Source of the DNA: an uncultured delta proteobacterium
Lineage (GTDB): Bacteria > Desulfobacterota > Zymogenia > Zymogenales > Zymogenaceae
Direction: 5' to 3'
Assembly (NCBI GenBank): GCA_963792965.1
Contig: CAWBYW010000007.1
Location: forward strand, 64,001-128,000
Length of the DNA: 64,000 nt
Both the position numbers and the translations under genes were made by a program. A model generated the notes under the pieces. It ran no database searches and was not told where the DNA came from. It saw nothing but the letters and a program-made list of their open reading frames with translations. Positions 50,985-60,128 of the stretch are shown one piece after another (position 1 is the stretch's first letter; each line of letters starts with the position of its first letter).

Positions 50985-51635
50985 CTACGGCTTGATAATG
51001 CTAACGCTCCAAAGGTCGACTTTTTTCCGTCGATAAACGGCAACGTCGGTGTTCTTTAGGGGATAGAGCAGGTCGTTCAAGAGGCCGCGAAGGTCCCTTA
51101 TGGACGGACTGCCGGGGTCACGAGACAAGAACGCATCCCTCAACCATACGATCAGGCTCGAGCTGGGCGGGGGGGTGGCGCCGACCTGGATCCGGTATTT
51201 CTCTGTCTGAGCCAGGGAGAGCGAGTAGGAGAGGATCTCAGTCGGAGCCTCGAGGAGCCGGTCGTCTTCACCGATCGCCTCGAGTTGCCGGCGGAAGGTC
51301 TCTCTGAGGCGCCTGCCGAACTCTTCGGCGAAGGCGGCGGCCACCAAGTCGTCTGCGTACCAGTCGGTGGCGGCCCTGAAGGCGAACTCGACATCTTTGA
51401 TCAGTGTTTCCGGTGTCCCCGGAAGAAACCAGGGAGTCGAGAAGAGCGGGTGGACGGTTTCGGCCAGGTACGCGTGAGCGCACTCGTGCTCAAGATAGAT
51501 GCGCGGCTCGCCGCGTTTTTTGATCTTCAGGGTGTGGCTTTTCCTGAACGGATCGGTCGTAACAGAGGATCCTCTCGCACAGGTTTCCTCTTCGACCGGC
51601 CATGTCAGGAGGTCTCGGATGGTCCTGGCTTTCAT
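50985..51635 (-). CDS. Hypothetical HExxH (zincin-like) protein
   Basis: HECAH motif; promoter TTGCGG-N17-TACAAT immediately upstream. Confidence 0.7.
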   Translation of the reverse strand: MKARTIRDLLTWPVEEETCARGSSVTTDPFRKSHTLKIKKRGEPRIYLEHECAHAYLAETVHPLFSTPWFLPGTPETLIKDVEFAFRAATDWYADDLVAAAFAEEFGRRLRETFRRQLEAIGEDDRLLEAPTEILSYSLSLAQTEKYRIQVGATPPPSSSLIVWLRDAFLSRDPGSPSIRDLRGLLNDLLYPLKNTDVAVYRRKKVDLWSVSIIKP

Positions 51636-51843
51636 AGAAAAATTGTAGTACGCCCCGATGCGTGCCGCAAGCGAATACACAATATACATGTTGTCTCAGC
51701 AGGGGAGGTCCCCAGAGGCCACGGTGATATCGCGTGTGGGTTCGGGTAGGCTCCCCCCGTTGCATCCGGGAATAGAGTGATTATATTAGTAATATGGATA
51801 TATAACGATCGTTCAATCCACGAAATATGAGGGAGCTATTACG

Positions 51844-52734
51844 ATGAAAACAACCACGAAACATATAAGCGAAGAAGAGCTGAAGAAGCGCCTCACTCCC
51901 CGGGAATATCAGGTCATGAGGGAAAAGGGAACGGAGCCCCCGTTCACGGGAGAGTACAACGAAAACAAGAAGAAGGGAACCTACTACTGCAAGGCCTGCG
52001 GGAGCAAGCTCTTTGAGTCCGAGAAGAAATTTGATTCAGGGAGCGGATGGCCGAGCTTCTTCGACGTGGAAGAGCAAGCCGTCGAGACGCGTGAGGACAC
52101 CAGCCACGGGATGATACGCACGGAGGTATTGTGCAAGAAGTGTGGAAGCCACCTCGGCCATTTGTTTGAGGACGGCCCACGCCCCACCGGGAAGCGCTAC
52201 TGTATCAATTCTATCTCCCTCGCATTCGAAGAGAAGAAGGTGGACGAGGGGAAAAGGAAGGAGACCAAGACGCATCGGGCCGCGTTCGCCGCGGGATGCT
52301 TCTGGGGCATACAGGACGCGTTCGACAACGTAAAGGGGGTCCTGACGACGACCGTAGGATACATGGGAGGGCACACCGAAAACCCGACATACCAACAGGT
52401 ATGCACGGACAGGACGGGGCACGCCGAGACGGTAATGCTGGAGTATGATCCCGCGGTGGTGACCTACAGGGAGCTCTTAAACCTGTTCTGGAAGATACAC
52501 GATCCGACCCAGAAGAACAGGCAGGGGCCGGACGTGGGGACCCAGTACCGATCCGTGATCTTCTTCTTTGATAAGACCCAGGAAAGAGAAGCAGCCACGT
52601 CTCTCGCCGAGCGACAGAAGGGGCTTAACGGCAACATTGTTACCGAGATCACACCTGCGCCCACGTTCTGGAAGGCGGAAGAATACCACCAGAAGTACCA
52701 TACAAAACAGGGGAAAGCGGGGTGCTGCTCGTAG
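51844..52734 (+). CDS. msrAB: Bifunctional methionine sulfoxide reductase (MsrB-MsrA order)
   Basis: [27 protein letters not shown]; then [15 protein letters not shown]. Confidence 0.95.
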   Translation: MKTTTKHISEEELKKRLTPREYQVMREKGTEPPFTGEYNENKKKGTYYCKACGSKLFESEKKFDSGSGWPSFFDVEEQAVETREDTSHGMIRTEVLCKKCGSHLGHLFEDGPRPTGKRYCINSISLAFEEKKVDEGKRKETKTHRAAFAAGCFWGIQDAFDNVKGVLTTTVGYMGGHTENPTYQQVCTDRTGHAETVMLEYDPAVVTYRELLNLFWKIHDPTQKNRQGPDVGTQYRSVIFFFDKTQEREAATSLAERQKGLNGNIVTEITPAPTFWKAEEYHQKYHTKQGKAGCCS

Positions 52735-52780
52735 CGCACGACATCGGTTTCTTTATGGCGACGATAGGCATCGTCCGGGT

Positions 52781-53363
52781 TCAGCGTTTCCTGGATAATC
52801 CTGAGGAGAAGAGCGCAACAACCTTATCGGCTCGCTCTTCAACGCTCATCTCTTTTGCGCGCATCACGTGGAACGGATCGAAAAAGACGTCGAGGGAGTT
52901 TTGAATCAGGAATGCAACAAGCTCGGCGTCGTCGACCTGGAAAACTCCCCTATCGGTCCCGTACGTGAGGATCCCTTTGATCGTATCGAGACGTTTCGCG
53001 ATGCTCTCCTGTATGAGCTCTCGGGGGATCACGGGCAAGAGGCTGAATTCTCCGAGACGAATATGCAAGAGCTCCAGGATCTTTTGGATTCCGCTTACTG
53101 TAAGAATAAAAAAGACCTTTAGCTTAAGGTAGGGGTCCTGCTCCTGGTCGAGGGCTTTCTCCAGCGCGAGATCGTTTTTTCCCATCTCGCTTTTCATTAT
53201 GTAAAAGAAGATCTCTTCTTTGCTCTTGAAGTAGTTGTAGAAGGTTGGCTTGGAGATCCCAGAATAGTTAATGATATCGGCGACCTTGGTGTTACCGAGG
53301 CCGTATCTGCTGAACAGATTGAGAGAAACGTCGAGAATCCTCTTTTTTCGTGTCTTCTTTCAT
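52781..53363 (-). pseudogene. TetR/AcrR family regulator with apparent extra A in an A6 run near codons 6-7
   Basis: ATG 53363 (GGGGAG RBS) gives MKEDTKK; the HTH RILDVSLNLFSRYGLGNTKVADII...ISKPTFYNYFKSKEEIF is in the +1 frame, continuous with ORF 52781-53197. Confidence 0.82.
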
Positions 53364-53402
53364 GAGAGCACTCCCCGCCGGTGCTAAGGGCAAGAGAAGA
53401 GG

Positions 53403-53422
53403 GGGGAGGGGATCCCCTCCCC
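53403..53422 (-). terminator. Palindromic hairpin after the low-complexity protein gene
   Basis: GGGGAGGGGATCCCCTCCCC followed on the minus strand by a pyrimidine tract. Confidence 0.55.
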
Positions 53423-53467
53423 GCCTTGATTCTTCCATTAGGCACTGCTGCGCCACGCAACACTTAC

Positions 53468-53860
53468 TTAGCGGTGATTGTCACCGTAACGGTATCCGCG
53501 GAACGATCGGTCATTATATCCGCGATTGTAGCCGTTGTAGTATCCGTTGTTGTTCCTGTCGCGGTACTGGTCCCTGTTTCCATAGTAGTTGTAGTTGTAG
53601 TCACCCCGATCACGGTACTGGTTGTTGGTGACTATCGTCCCCAGAAAGCTTCCGAGGAAGGTGCCCACCAGGTTGGCCGTCCCCGGGTCGTTCAGGTTAG
53701 GCAGCGGCAGGCCAGGGAAAAAGCCGTTTCCTCCGCCCGGAAAGCCCCCAGGGAAAGGGCCTCCAGGCCCCTGCGCATAGGCGCCGGGGATGAAAACCGC
53801 CAGCAACGCCGCAGCCACAATCGCAATCACGGAACCCTTTATCGTTGTTCTCGCATCCAT
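53468..53860 (-). CDS. Exported low-complexity G/P/F- and N/Y/G/R-rich protein
   Basis: GGAGG RBS, signal peptide ending AYA, downstream hairpin. Confidence 0.75.
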   Translation of the reverse strand: MDARTTIKGSVIAIVAAALLAVFIPGAYAQGPGGPFPGGFPGGGNGFFPGLPLPNLNDPGTANLVGTFLGSFLGTIVTNNQYRDRGDYNYNYYGNRDQYRDRNNNGYYNGYNRGYNDRSFRGYRYGDNHR

Positions 53861-54131
53861 CTTTCTTCCTCCCTATCTTAAATATCCTGCTCTGATAAAC
53901 TATTTAGACTTTCTGTCTAATAAGTTAAACCGCAAACGGTGCAGAAACCTTCGGCTCCAATCAACTGAAAGTGAAAAAATATCTTGCTTTTTCTCGGGTG
54001 CGGGGGCGCCACGGAGACGGGAAAATAAGGCGATTGAGGGGGTTTCCGGCTCTCTGTGGGCCGTATCGCGGAGGGTCGAAGACGTATAAAGTCTCGATGA
54101 GAGAGAAAAGTCGCGAGCCGCAGAGGAAGGT

Positions 54132-55328
54132 CTACACGTGCCGTAAGATAAAGACCAGGTCGGCAATACCGAGGAACATCTTAGGAAGGAAATAGGTCGC
54201 GCTGTAGTGGCCGGAGGGAACCGGGATGTAAAATTCGGTGAAGTTCTTCCCGCCCAGCGCGTTTCGGCTGAAGAACTCTCTCTGACGGCTCGAGTACCGG
54301 TAGAGGAGCACGGGGTCTTGCCGTGCCTTGACGGAAAGGATCGGCATCGTGATATTGGCGACAAACCGCATCGGGTCGGCCACGGGCCAGAGCTCTTCGA
54401 TCTGGGGCCCCGTGAGCCCAAGATCATCGATCAGCCCCTTGCGCACAAATCCTGCCTCGATATTGTCGGGATCGACGATGAAGTCCGACAACAGCCCGCC
54501 CGACAGGTTGACGACGGCGGCGCTGCAGATTCCCTCCGGGAGGCCCTTGACGAGCGCAGGATCCTCACGCTCGAGGTGCGACCTGAAGTCGCGCGTGTGC
54601 GCGAGGCTCATGATAGTGAGCGTCGACCCGATGCTCGTCCCGATGCATCCGATGCGACGGTACCCCGCCCTGATGAGGAACAGAAGGACGCCCAGTACGT
54701 CCGAGATACCCTGGGAGAACGACCAGAGGGTCTCGTGCATGTTGGACGAGAAAAGCCGCTCGCCGGGCACCATCGTCGTGTCGCCTTTTTCGTGGCGTTT
54801 CCCGTGATAGGGGTGGACGATCTCAAGGCAGGTGTAGCCGAAACGGTTAAGGAGCTTGCCGAGCGTGGCAAAGGCCCTCTCGTCCGCGCGGAGGTTGGGC
54901 AGGATCACCACCGCCTTTTTGGCGCCCCCCGGATAGAGGTATGCGCGCGCGGTATTATTTGCGGGGAAGGGGGAGGTGATGGCGCTCCTGAAAGTCAGCT
55001 CGGCCTCTATTCCGGTATCGAGGATTTCCGAGAGCGCCGCCTCTTTACCCGTCGCGTCGGTCAGGGTGAAGGCGGTGTCCGTGGGCGGGAAGAGGAGGCC
55101 GGGGAGCTTTTTCTGAAAGCGGGCCAGCCTCTCTTCGTACTCCCGGCGCGACATGGGGCTTCCGTCATCCTTGGTTCCCCACGTGCCGGGCTTCATCGTG
55201 GGGCGTTTCCGCAGCGACTGCAGCTTCATGTCGTGGACACGGACGCCTTTTTCACAGCTCCTTTCCCGCACGATGTCCATGAGGAGATCGGCATAGGAGT
55301 AGGGCGACTTCTCCTTTGCACCAGTCAT
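54132..55328 (-). CDS. Alpha/beta hydrolase (ABHD18/DUF2048-like)
   Basis: HPYHGKR, nucleophile elbow GTSIG, QDPV, GHYS. Confidence 0.75.
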   Translation of the reverse strand: MTGAKEKSPYSYADLLMDIVRERSCEKGVRVHDMKLQSLRKRPTMKPGTWGTKDDGSPMSRREYEERLARFQKKLPGLLFPPTDTAFTLTDATGKEAALSEILDTGIEAELTFRSAITSPFPANNTARAYLYPGGAKKAVVILPNLRADERAFATLGKLLNRFGYTCLEIVHPYHGKRHEKGDTTMVPGERLFSSNMHETLWSFSQGISDVLGVLLFLIRAGYRRIGCIGTSIGSTLTIMSLAHTRDFRSHLEREDPALVKGLPEGICSAAVVNLSGGLLSDFIVDPDNIEAGFVRKGLIDDLGLTGPQIEELWPVADPMRFVANITMPILSVKARQDPVLLYRYSSRQREFFSRNALGGKNFTEFYIPVPSGHYSATYFLPKMFLGIADLVFILRHV

Positions 55329-55331
55329 CGT

Positions 55332-56096
55332 CTATTCCATCCCCTCGATGAGGTTTCGGGCGTTGACGCCGAGATCGGGAAGATAGTACCCCCCCTCGAG
55401 GAGGGCGAAGCGTCTTCCGGAGCAGTGCTTCAGGGAAAAATTCTTGACCATTTCTCCGATAGATTTGTAGTCTTCGGTCATGAGCGTGCTTCCCCAGTCC
55501 TTGATGTAGCGGTCGAACCCGGCGCTGATCCCGATGATGTCGTAGGGGAGTGCGCGCTCAAGACCCCGCTGGCACTGAGCCAGGAACTCGACCCGGTCGG
55601 AAGACTCGACGTTGTCCACGATGACGTCTTGCCGTCCCGCGAAATAGTTGTCGGTCCCATCGCCGAAATGGAGGTCGATGTCGAGTATAAAGGCGCGCTT
55701 GATCCGTTTCTTGAATATGAGCCGCTGGACGGCGATGGCCATGTTGTTGAAGAAGCAAAACCCCCAGTTGCTGCCGGGGCTTGCGTGGTGACCCGGCGGG
55801 CGGAGCAGGCCGAAAGCCGGCTCTCCGTCCATGGCGATCTCGGCCGTCATAATCGCCCCGCCGGCGGCCAACAGGGCCACATCAAAGCGGTCGCGGTCTC
55901 GCTTCTCCGCCTGGACGAGGTTCGGGTAATGGACCAGCAACACGTCATTTTCCTCGGCGGGCCGGGGCGTGACGAAGGGGTAGCCGTGCGCCGAAAGCTC
56001 CCGGTGGATCATCTGAACTCTCTCGGGCCGCTCGACGGACGCGGTGGGGTAGTCCGTGAGATACCTCTCGTGATAGACGATCTTTGTCTTCGGCAT
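55332..56096 (-). CDS. Histone deacetylase family (AcuC/AphA-like) amidohydrolase
   Basis: RPPGHHA, GFCFFNN, DIDLHFGDGT, SAGFD, LEGGY; GGAGG RBS. Confidence 0.92.
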   Translation of the reverse strand: MPKTKIVYHERYLTDYPTASVERPERVQMIHRELSAHGYPFVTPRPAEENDVLLVHYPNLVQAEKRDRDRFDVALLAAGGAIMTAEIAMDGEPAFGLLRPPGHHASPGSNWGFCFFNNMAIAVQRLIFKKRIKRAFILDIDLHFGDGTDNYFAGRQDVIVDNVESSDRVEFLAQCQRGLERALPYDIIGISAGFDRYIKDWGSTLMTEDYKSIGEMVKNFSLKHCSGRRFALLEGGYYLPDLGVNARNLIEGME

Positions 56097-56202
56097 AAAT
56101 ACCTCCAGTTTATCGTTACAGAGGGACCGGAATATACCGGCAGCCGGATATGAATACGGCCACACGGGGTCTCCACGAAGACGATCGTTTCGAGGGATGC
56201 CG

Positions 56203-56922
56203 TTAGTCGAACGAGAGCTTAAGCCTCCTGAGACGACTCTGATCCAACGCGAGGGCACTCATCGGCATGTCCTCGATGATCGCGCCTTTTCGCATAACGA
56301 CGCCGCGCGTCGCCAGCTCACGCGCAAGTTTGATGTCGTGGGTGACGATGAGCTTGGTCTTCGTGATCGAAGCGATCACCTTCTTAAGGTCGTGCACCCC
56401 CTCGGGGTCGAGGTTCGCCGACGGCTCGTCGAAGGCGATGATATCGGGATCCATCGTGAGGATCGTGGCGATAGAGGCGCGTTTCTTCTCCCCGATGGAG
56501 AGGTGATGGGAGGAGCGATCCTCGTAGCCAACAAGCCCCATGGCGGCAAGGGCGCTGCTGACGCGCGCGTGCACCTCAACGTCCGTCAGCCCCATGTTTT
56601 TCGGGCCGAACGCCGCGTCGTCGTAGATCGTGGGGCAAAAGAGCTGATCGTCCGGGTTCTGAAATACGATCCCGATACGTTTCCTCACTTCCCGTACGCT
56701 CTTGGGGGTCAGCGCGATCCCCGCAATATGGATCTGCCCCGTGCCGACGATGAGCCCCGGGAGCGCAAGCAGCAGCGTCGATTTTCCCGCCCCGTTCGGT
56801 CCGAGGATTGCGACGGACTCGCCGGACGGCACCAAAAGGCTTACGCGGGAAAGTCCGGGCGTCCCGTCCGGATAGGTGTAGGAAAGGTCCCGCACCTCGA
56901 TATCCCACACGTCCGCCGTCAC
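56203..56922 (-). CDS. cbiO: ECF transporter ATPase, CbiO-like
   Basis: GPNGAGKST, FQNPDDQLF, LSIGEKKR, FDEP; GTG start overlaps the cbiQ stop. Confidence 0.88.
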   Translation of the reverse strand: MTADVWDIEVRDLSYTYPDGTPGLSRVSLLVPSGESVAILGPNGAGKSTLLLALPGLIVGTGQIHIAGIALTPKSVREVRKRIGIVFQNPDDQLFCPTIYDDAAFGPKNMGLTDVEVHARVSSALAAMGLVGYEDRSSHHLSIGEKKRASIATILTMDPDIIAFDEPSANLDPEGVHDLKKVIASITKTKLIVTHDIKLARELATRGVVMRKGAIIEDMPMSALALDQSRLRRLKLSFD

Positions 56923-57692
56923 AGGAGGCCTCCCACCGCGCGGATAATGGCGGCGCATATGATCACGACGAACATGAAGACGAGGTCGGCGCCGACAAGC
57001 GGCGTGGTCTTCGTCCGGATCATCTCGGTGTCGTATCCCCGGGCTTTCATCGCGCGAAAGATTCGCTCTCCCCGCTCAAAGCTCCTGACGAAGATGCTTC
57101 CCACCATATATCCGATCACGCGGGCGTGCCAGATCCAGCGGTTGCCGTAGAGCCGGGCGTCGCGCGCCAGCGTAACGCGCTCCACCTCGTCCACCAGGAT
57201 AAAGAGGTAATGGTACATGAACGAGAGGGTGTCGGTGATAAATGCCGGCACCTTAAGCTCCCTGAGGCCGAGGAGGAGGTCCTGAAAGGGCGTGGTGGAT
57301 ACGAGCAGGGTCAGGAAGACGACGGAGAGGATCGATTTTGCCAGGACGTTGAAGACAAGCACGAGACCCGATACGGACACCGCCAGGGTACCGATACCGA
57401 GCGAGACCGAGGCGCTGCTCCCCGTAGGGACGAAAGGGGCCGAGACCACGGCAACCAGGATAAAGGGGACGACGGCGATCATCTTTTTGAGAAAGATCTT
57501 CATGGGGAGACGGGATACCAGAATGAGCACGAGCAGCAACGCCGCATAGAGGAGAAAAGACGAGTAGGCCGTCGCCGGGGTGGACACGATAAGCACCACG
57601 ACGGCGATAACCGTCACGAATTTCGCCTTGGGGTTGAGAGCCCTGATGGGGCTCTCGATTCTGCTCTCCTGGTCGAGGAAATAGTGTTTCAT
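56919..57692 (-). CDS. cbiQ: ECF transporter T component, CbiQ-like
   Basis: LNPKAK, LARDAR, FVRSFERGERIFRAMKARGY. Confidence 0.88.
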   Translation of the reverse strand: MKHYFLDQESRIESPIRALNPKAKFVTVIAVVVLIVSTPATAYSSFLLYAALLLVLILVSRLPMKIFLKKMIAVVPFILVAVVSAPFVPTGSSASVSLGIGTLAVSVSGLVLVFNVLAKSILSVVFLTLLVSTTPFQDLLLGLRELKVPAFITDTLSFMYHYLFILVDEVERVTLARDARLYGNRWIWHARVIGYMVGSIFVRSFERGERIFRAMKARGYDTEMIRTKTTPLVGADLVFMFVVIICAAIIRAVGGLL

Positions 57693-57863
57693 GGTTCCGG
57701 CGTGATATAAAGTAAAATTATATCGTCTCGGGGAATGCAAAGGCAAGCCTTTTCTGATGTCTCGGGCATCTTCACCGGCCAATGCGAACCCGCCCCCCCT
57801 TTTTTCGTTGTCTTTCGATCTTGCCTGTGTGATAATAATACGTTTAGAGGAGAAGGACGCGAG

Positions 57864-59618
57864 ATGTTATCGGTGTTTTCGCCCAAGGCGGACCTCATAC
57901 TCATCCACCCGCCCAGTATATTCGATTTCAGGAAACGCAACATCTTATTTGGGCCTATCAGCGACGTTGTACCCTCCACCCCCGCCTTCGAAATGTATCC
58001 AATCGGTTTTTCCTCCATCGCGGAAGAGCTCTCTCGAAACGGCATCGGGGTGCGCATCGTCAACCTCGCGTATCTCATGGTGACCCGCCCGCGGCTCGAC
58101 GTTCGCGCGTACCTCAAGAGCCTCAAGGCCCGGGCCTTTGGGATATCTCTCCATTGGCTTCCCCATGCCCACGGGGCGGTCGAGCTGGCGCGGCTCCTCA
58201 AGGAGGTCCACCCGGACGTACCGGTGATCTTCGGTGGCTATTCGTCCACCTATTTTGCCGAGCAGATCATCCGGTATCCTTTCGTGGACTACGTCGTTCG
58301 GGGGGACTCGACCGAGCGGGTCCTTGTCTCTCTCATGCGGGCGATCCTCGGCAAGGGCGGCCTTTCGAGCGTTCCCAACCTCGTCTATAAGGAGGGGGAA
58401 CGGGTTGTCGTCAGTGAAACGCTCGTCGTGGAAGACCACCTCAACGACTTTTCCAACAACTATCTCAACCTCTTCAGGAAAGCGGTCAAGTACCGTGATC
58501 CCATCGGCATGACCCCGATCCACGATTGGTGGAGGTATCCGATCACGATGCTCATCACGTGCCGGGGTTGCACCAATAACTGCGCCATCTGCGGGGGCTC
58601 TCACTGGGCGGGCAAACGGTATCTCGGGCGGGATCGGGTCGCCTACCGGGACCCGGAGCGAGTCGCGCGGGACCTCACGGTGCTTGCCCGCTTCACCCGC
58701 GCGCCGGTCTTCGTGGTGGGGGACATCAGACAGGCGGGCGACGACTACGCCGAGAGGCTGCTGAAAAGCCTCGCGAACGCACCGATAAAAAACCCGGTCG
58801 TCCTGGAGCTCTTCGACGCCGCCCCCGAGGGTTTCTTTGAGGCGGTATCAAAGGTGCTCCCACGCGTCAACTACGAGATATCCCCCGAGACCCATGACGA
58901 CCGTATGCGCGCCCGGTCCGGGAAGCCGTACACGTCTCGGGCCGTCCAGGACAATATCCGGTGGGCGTTGAAATACGGCGCGCAAAAATTCGACATCTTC
59001 TTCATGATCGGCATACCCGGGCAGGACTTCGGATCGGTGATGGATACCGTTGACTACGGCGGCCGCCTGATGGCCGACTACGGCGATCGTCTCATGCCGT
59101 TTATCTCTCCACTGGCGCCGTTCCTCGACCCCGGCAGCATTGCCTTCGAAAACCCCGAGAAACACGGCTACACGATCCTCTGCCATACCTTCGATGAGCA
59201 CCTGGCGGCGCTCTCGGGAGGATCATGGCGTGAGATGCTCAACTACGAGAGCGCTTCACTCAAGAGAGATGAGCTGGTGGCCGCCACCTACGAGGCGGGC
59301 GCCCGTCTCAACGAGCTCAAGTATCGGGCACGTCACATCGACGCGGCCGCCTATCGAGAGGTAGACGCTCGCATTACCCGGATACGGAAAAGGCACGGCG
59401 GGGAAAAAGGGGCCGGTAAATCGATCGAGCCCGGCACGCCGAGGGGCGACGCTCGGGGCGCCGGTATCGACACAAGGGATATGGGGATCGTCTGCGGGAA
59501 GGACGAGATCAAGTGGGGCCGCCGCACGTCGGGCTTCAGGTTGGTGAACATCGCCCTGGCCGTGCTATGGGAGCTCGCCGGAAGAGTGATGCGGGCCGGA
59601 AGATACAGCGGTGACTAA
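57864..59618 (+). CDS. B12-binding domain radical SAM protein (resembles TIGR04190 family)
   Basis: DLILIHPPS...FEMYPIGF, LHWLPHAHGA, FGGYSST, RGCTNNCAICGGS, FFMIGIP, APFLDPGS. Confidence 0.88.
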   Translation: MLSVFSPKADLILIHPPSIFDFRKRNILFGPISDVVPSTPAFEMYPIGFSSIAEELSRNGIGVRIVNLAYLMVTRPRLDVRAYLKSLKARAFGISLHWLPHAHGAVELARLLKEVHPDVPVIFGGYSSTYFAEQIIRYPFVDYVVRGDSTERVLVSLMRAILGKGGLSSVPNLVYKEGERVVVSETLVVEDHLNDFSNNYLNLFRKAVKYRDPIGMTPIHDWWRYPITMLITCRGCTNNCAICGGSHWAGKRYLGRDRVAYRDPERVARDLTVLARFTRAPVFVVGDIRQAGDDYAERLLKSLANAPIKNPVVLELFDAAPEGFFEAVSKVLPRVNYEISPETHDDRMRARSGKPYTSRAVQDNIRWALKYGAQKFDIFFMIGIPGQDFGSVMDTVDYGGRLMADYGDRLMPFISPLAPFLDPGSIAFENPEKHGYTILCHTFDEHLAALSGGSWREMLNYESASLKRDELVAATYEAGARLNELKYRARHIDAAAYREVDARITRIRKRHGGEKGAGKSIEPGTPRGDARGAGIDTRDMGIVCGKDEIKWGRRTSGFRLVNIALAVLWELAGRVMRAGRYSGD

Positions 59619-59812
59619 CATAAGCGTTCGTCATTTTCCGGCAGTTAACGAATCCGTGAAGCTTCTCTGCCCGTTTCGATGTGCGTAATATATGGAAAGA
59701 CCCTCCGTAGATCTTCATCCTCGCGCTGTCACCTATCCGTGATCCATATCGAATTTTCTTTTGGCGTACGCTCTTTTGGGCGCATCTTTTTTGGGGGTGA
59801 GGCCGTTTTATC

Positions 59813-59865
59813 TTGACAAGGTGCCGTTAATTTCTTACTATTTTTCTTTGATTGACAAGTCAATC
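59813..59865 (+). promoter_or_regulatory. Sigma70 promoter with adjacent palindromic operator candidate
   Basis: TTGACA-N17-TACTAT (59813-59841), then GATTGAC-AA-GTCAATC (59850-59865). Confidence 0.7.
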
Positions 59866-60128
59866 TAACGGGCAGGGAGGCGAGGGGAGGAGGAAAGGCG
59901 GGCCTGTAACGAGGACGCTCAAAGGGGCGGCAGTCGCCGATCGATATCTCCTATCGGGCGGCCGTGGATAAATCGAGATTGACTTATCCTCCCGATCTTG
60001 ATAGAGTCGCGAAATGTCTATCCGTGCATTACGTTTCTCAAAGGGAGCTCGCCTTGCGGGCGACCCTTTTTATACTGTTTTTATCTATCTGTACACGTCT
60101 TCAAATAACGAGAAAGGAGGAGGTTCCA

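Noticed and set aside
51699-51763. Imperfect long hairpin between the HExxH gene and msrAB
   Set aside because: Pairing is loose and it lacks the SRP RNA core motif.
52720-52734. Selenocysteine or pyrrolysine recoding at the MsrAB end (GCCS-TAG) or elsewhere
   Set aside because: Catalytic positions are ordinary Cys codons and no domain continues past a stop.
54207-56153. 648-aa plus-strand ORF, and similar long ORFs at 2322-3911, 12657-13910 and 21127-22482
   Set aside because: Antisense shadows of well-supported genes in GC-rich DNA; no recognisable motifs.
57693-57863. Cobalamin riboswitch between cbiQ and the radical SAM gene
   Set aside because: No B12-box recognised and the region is largely occupied by promoter elements.
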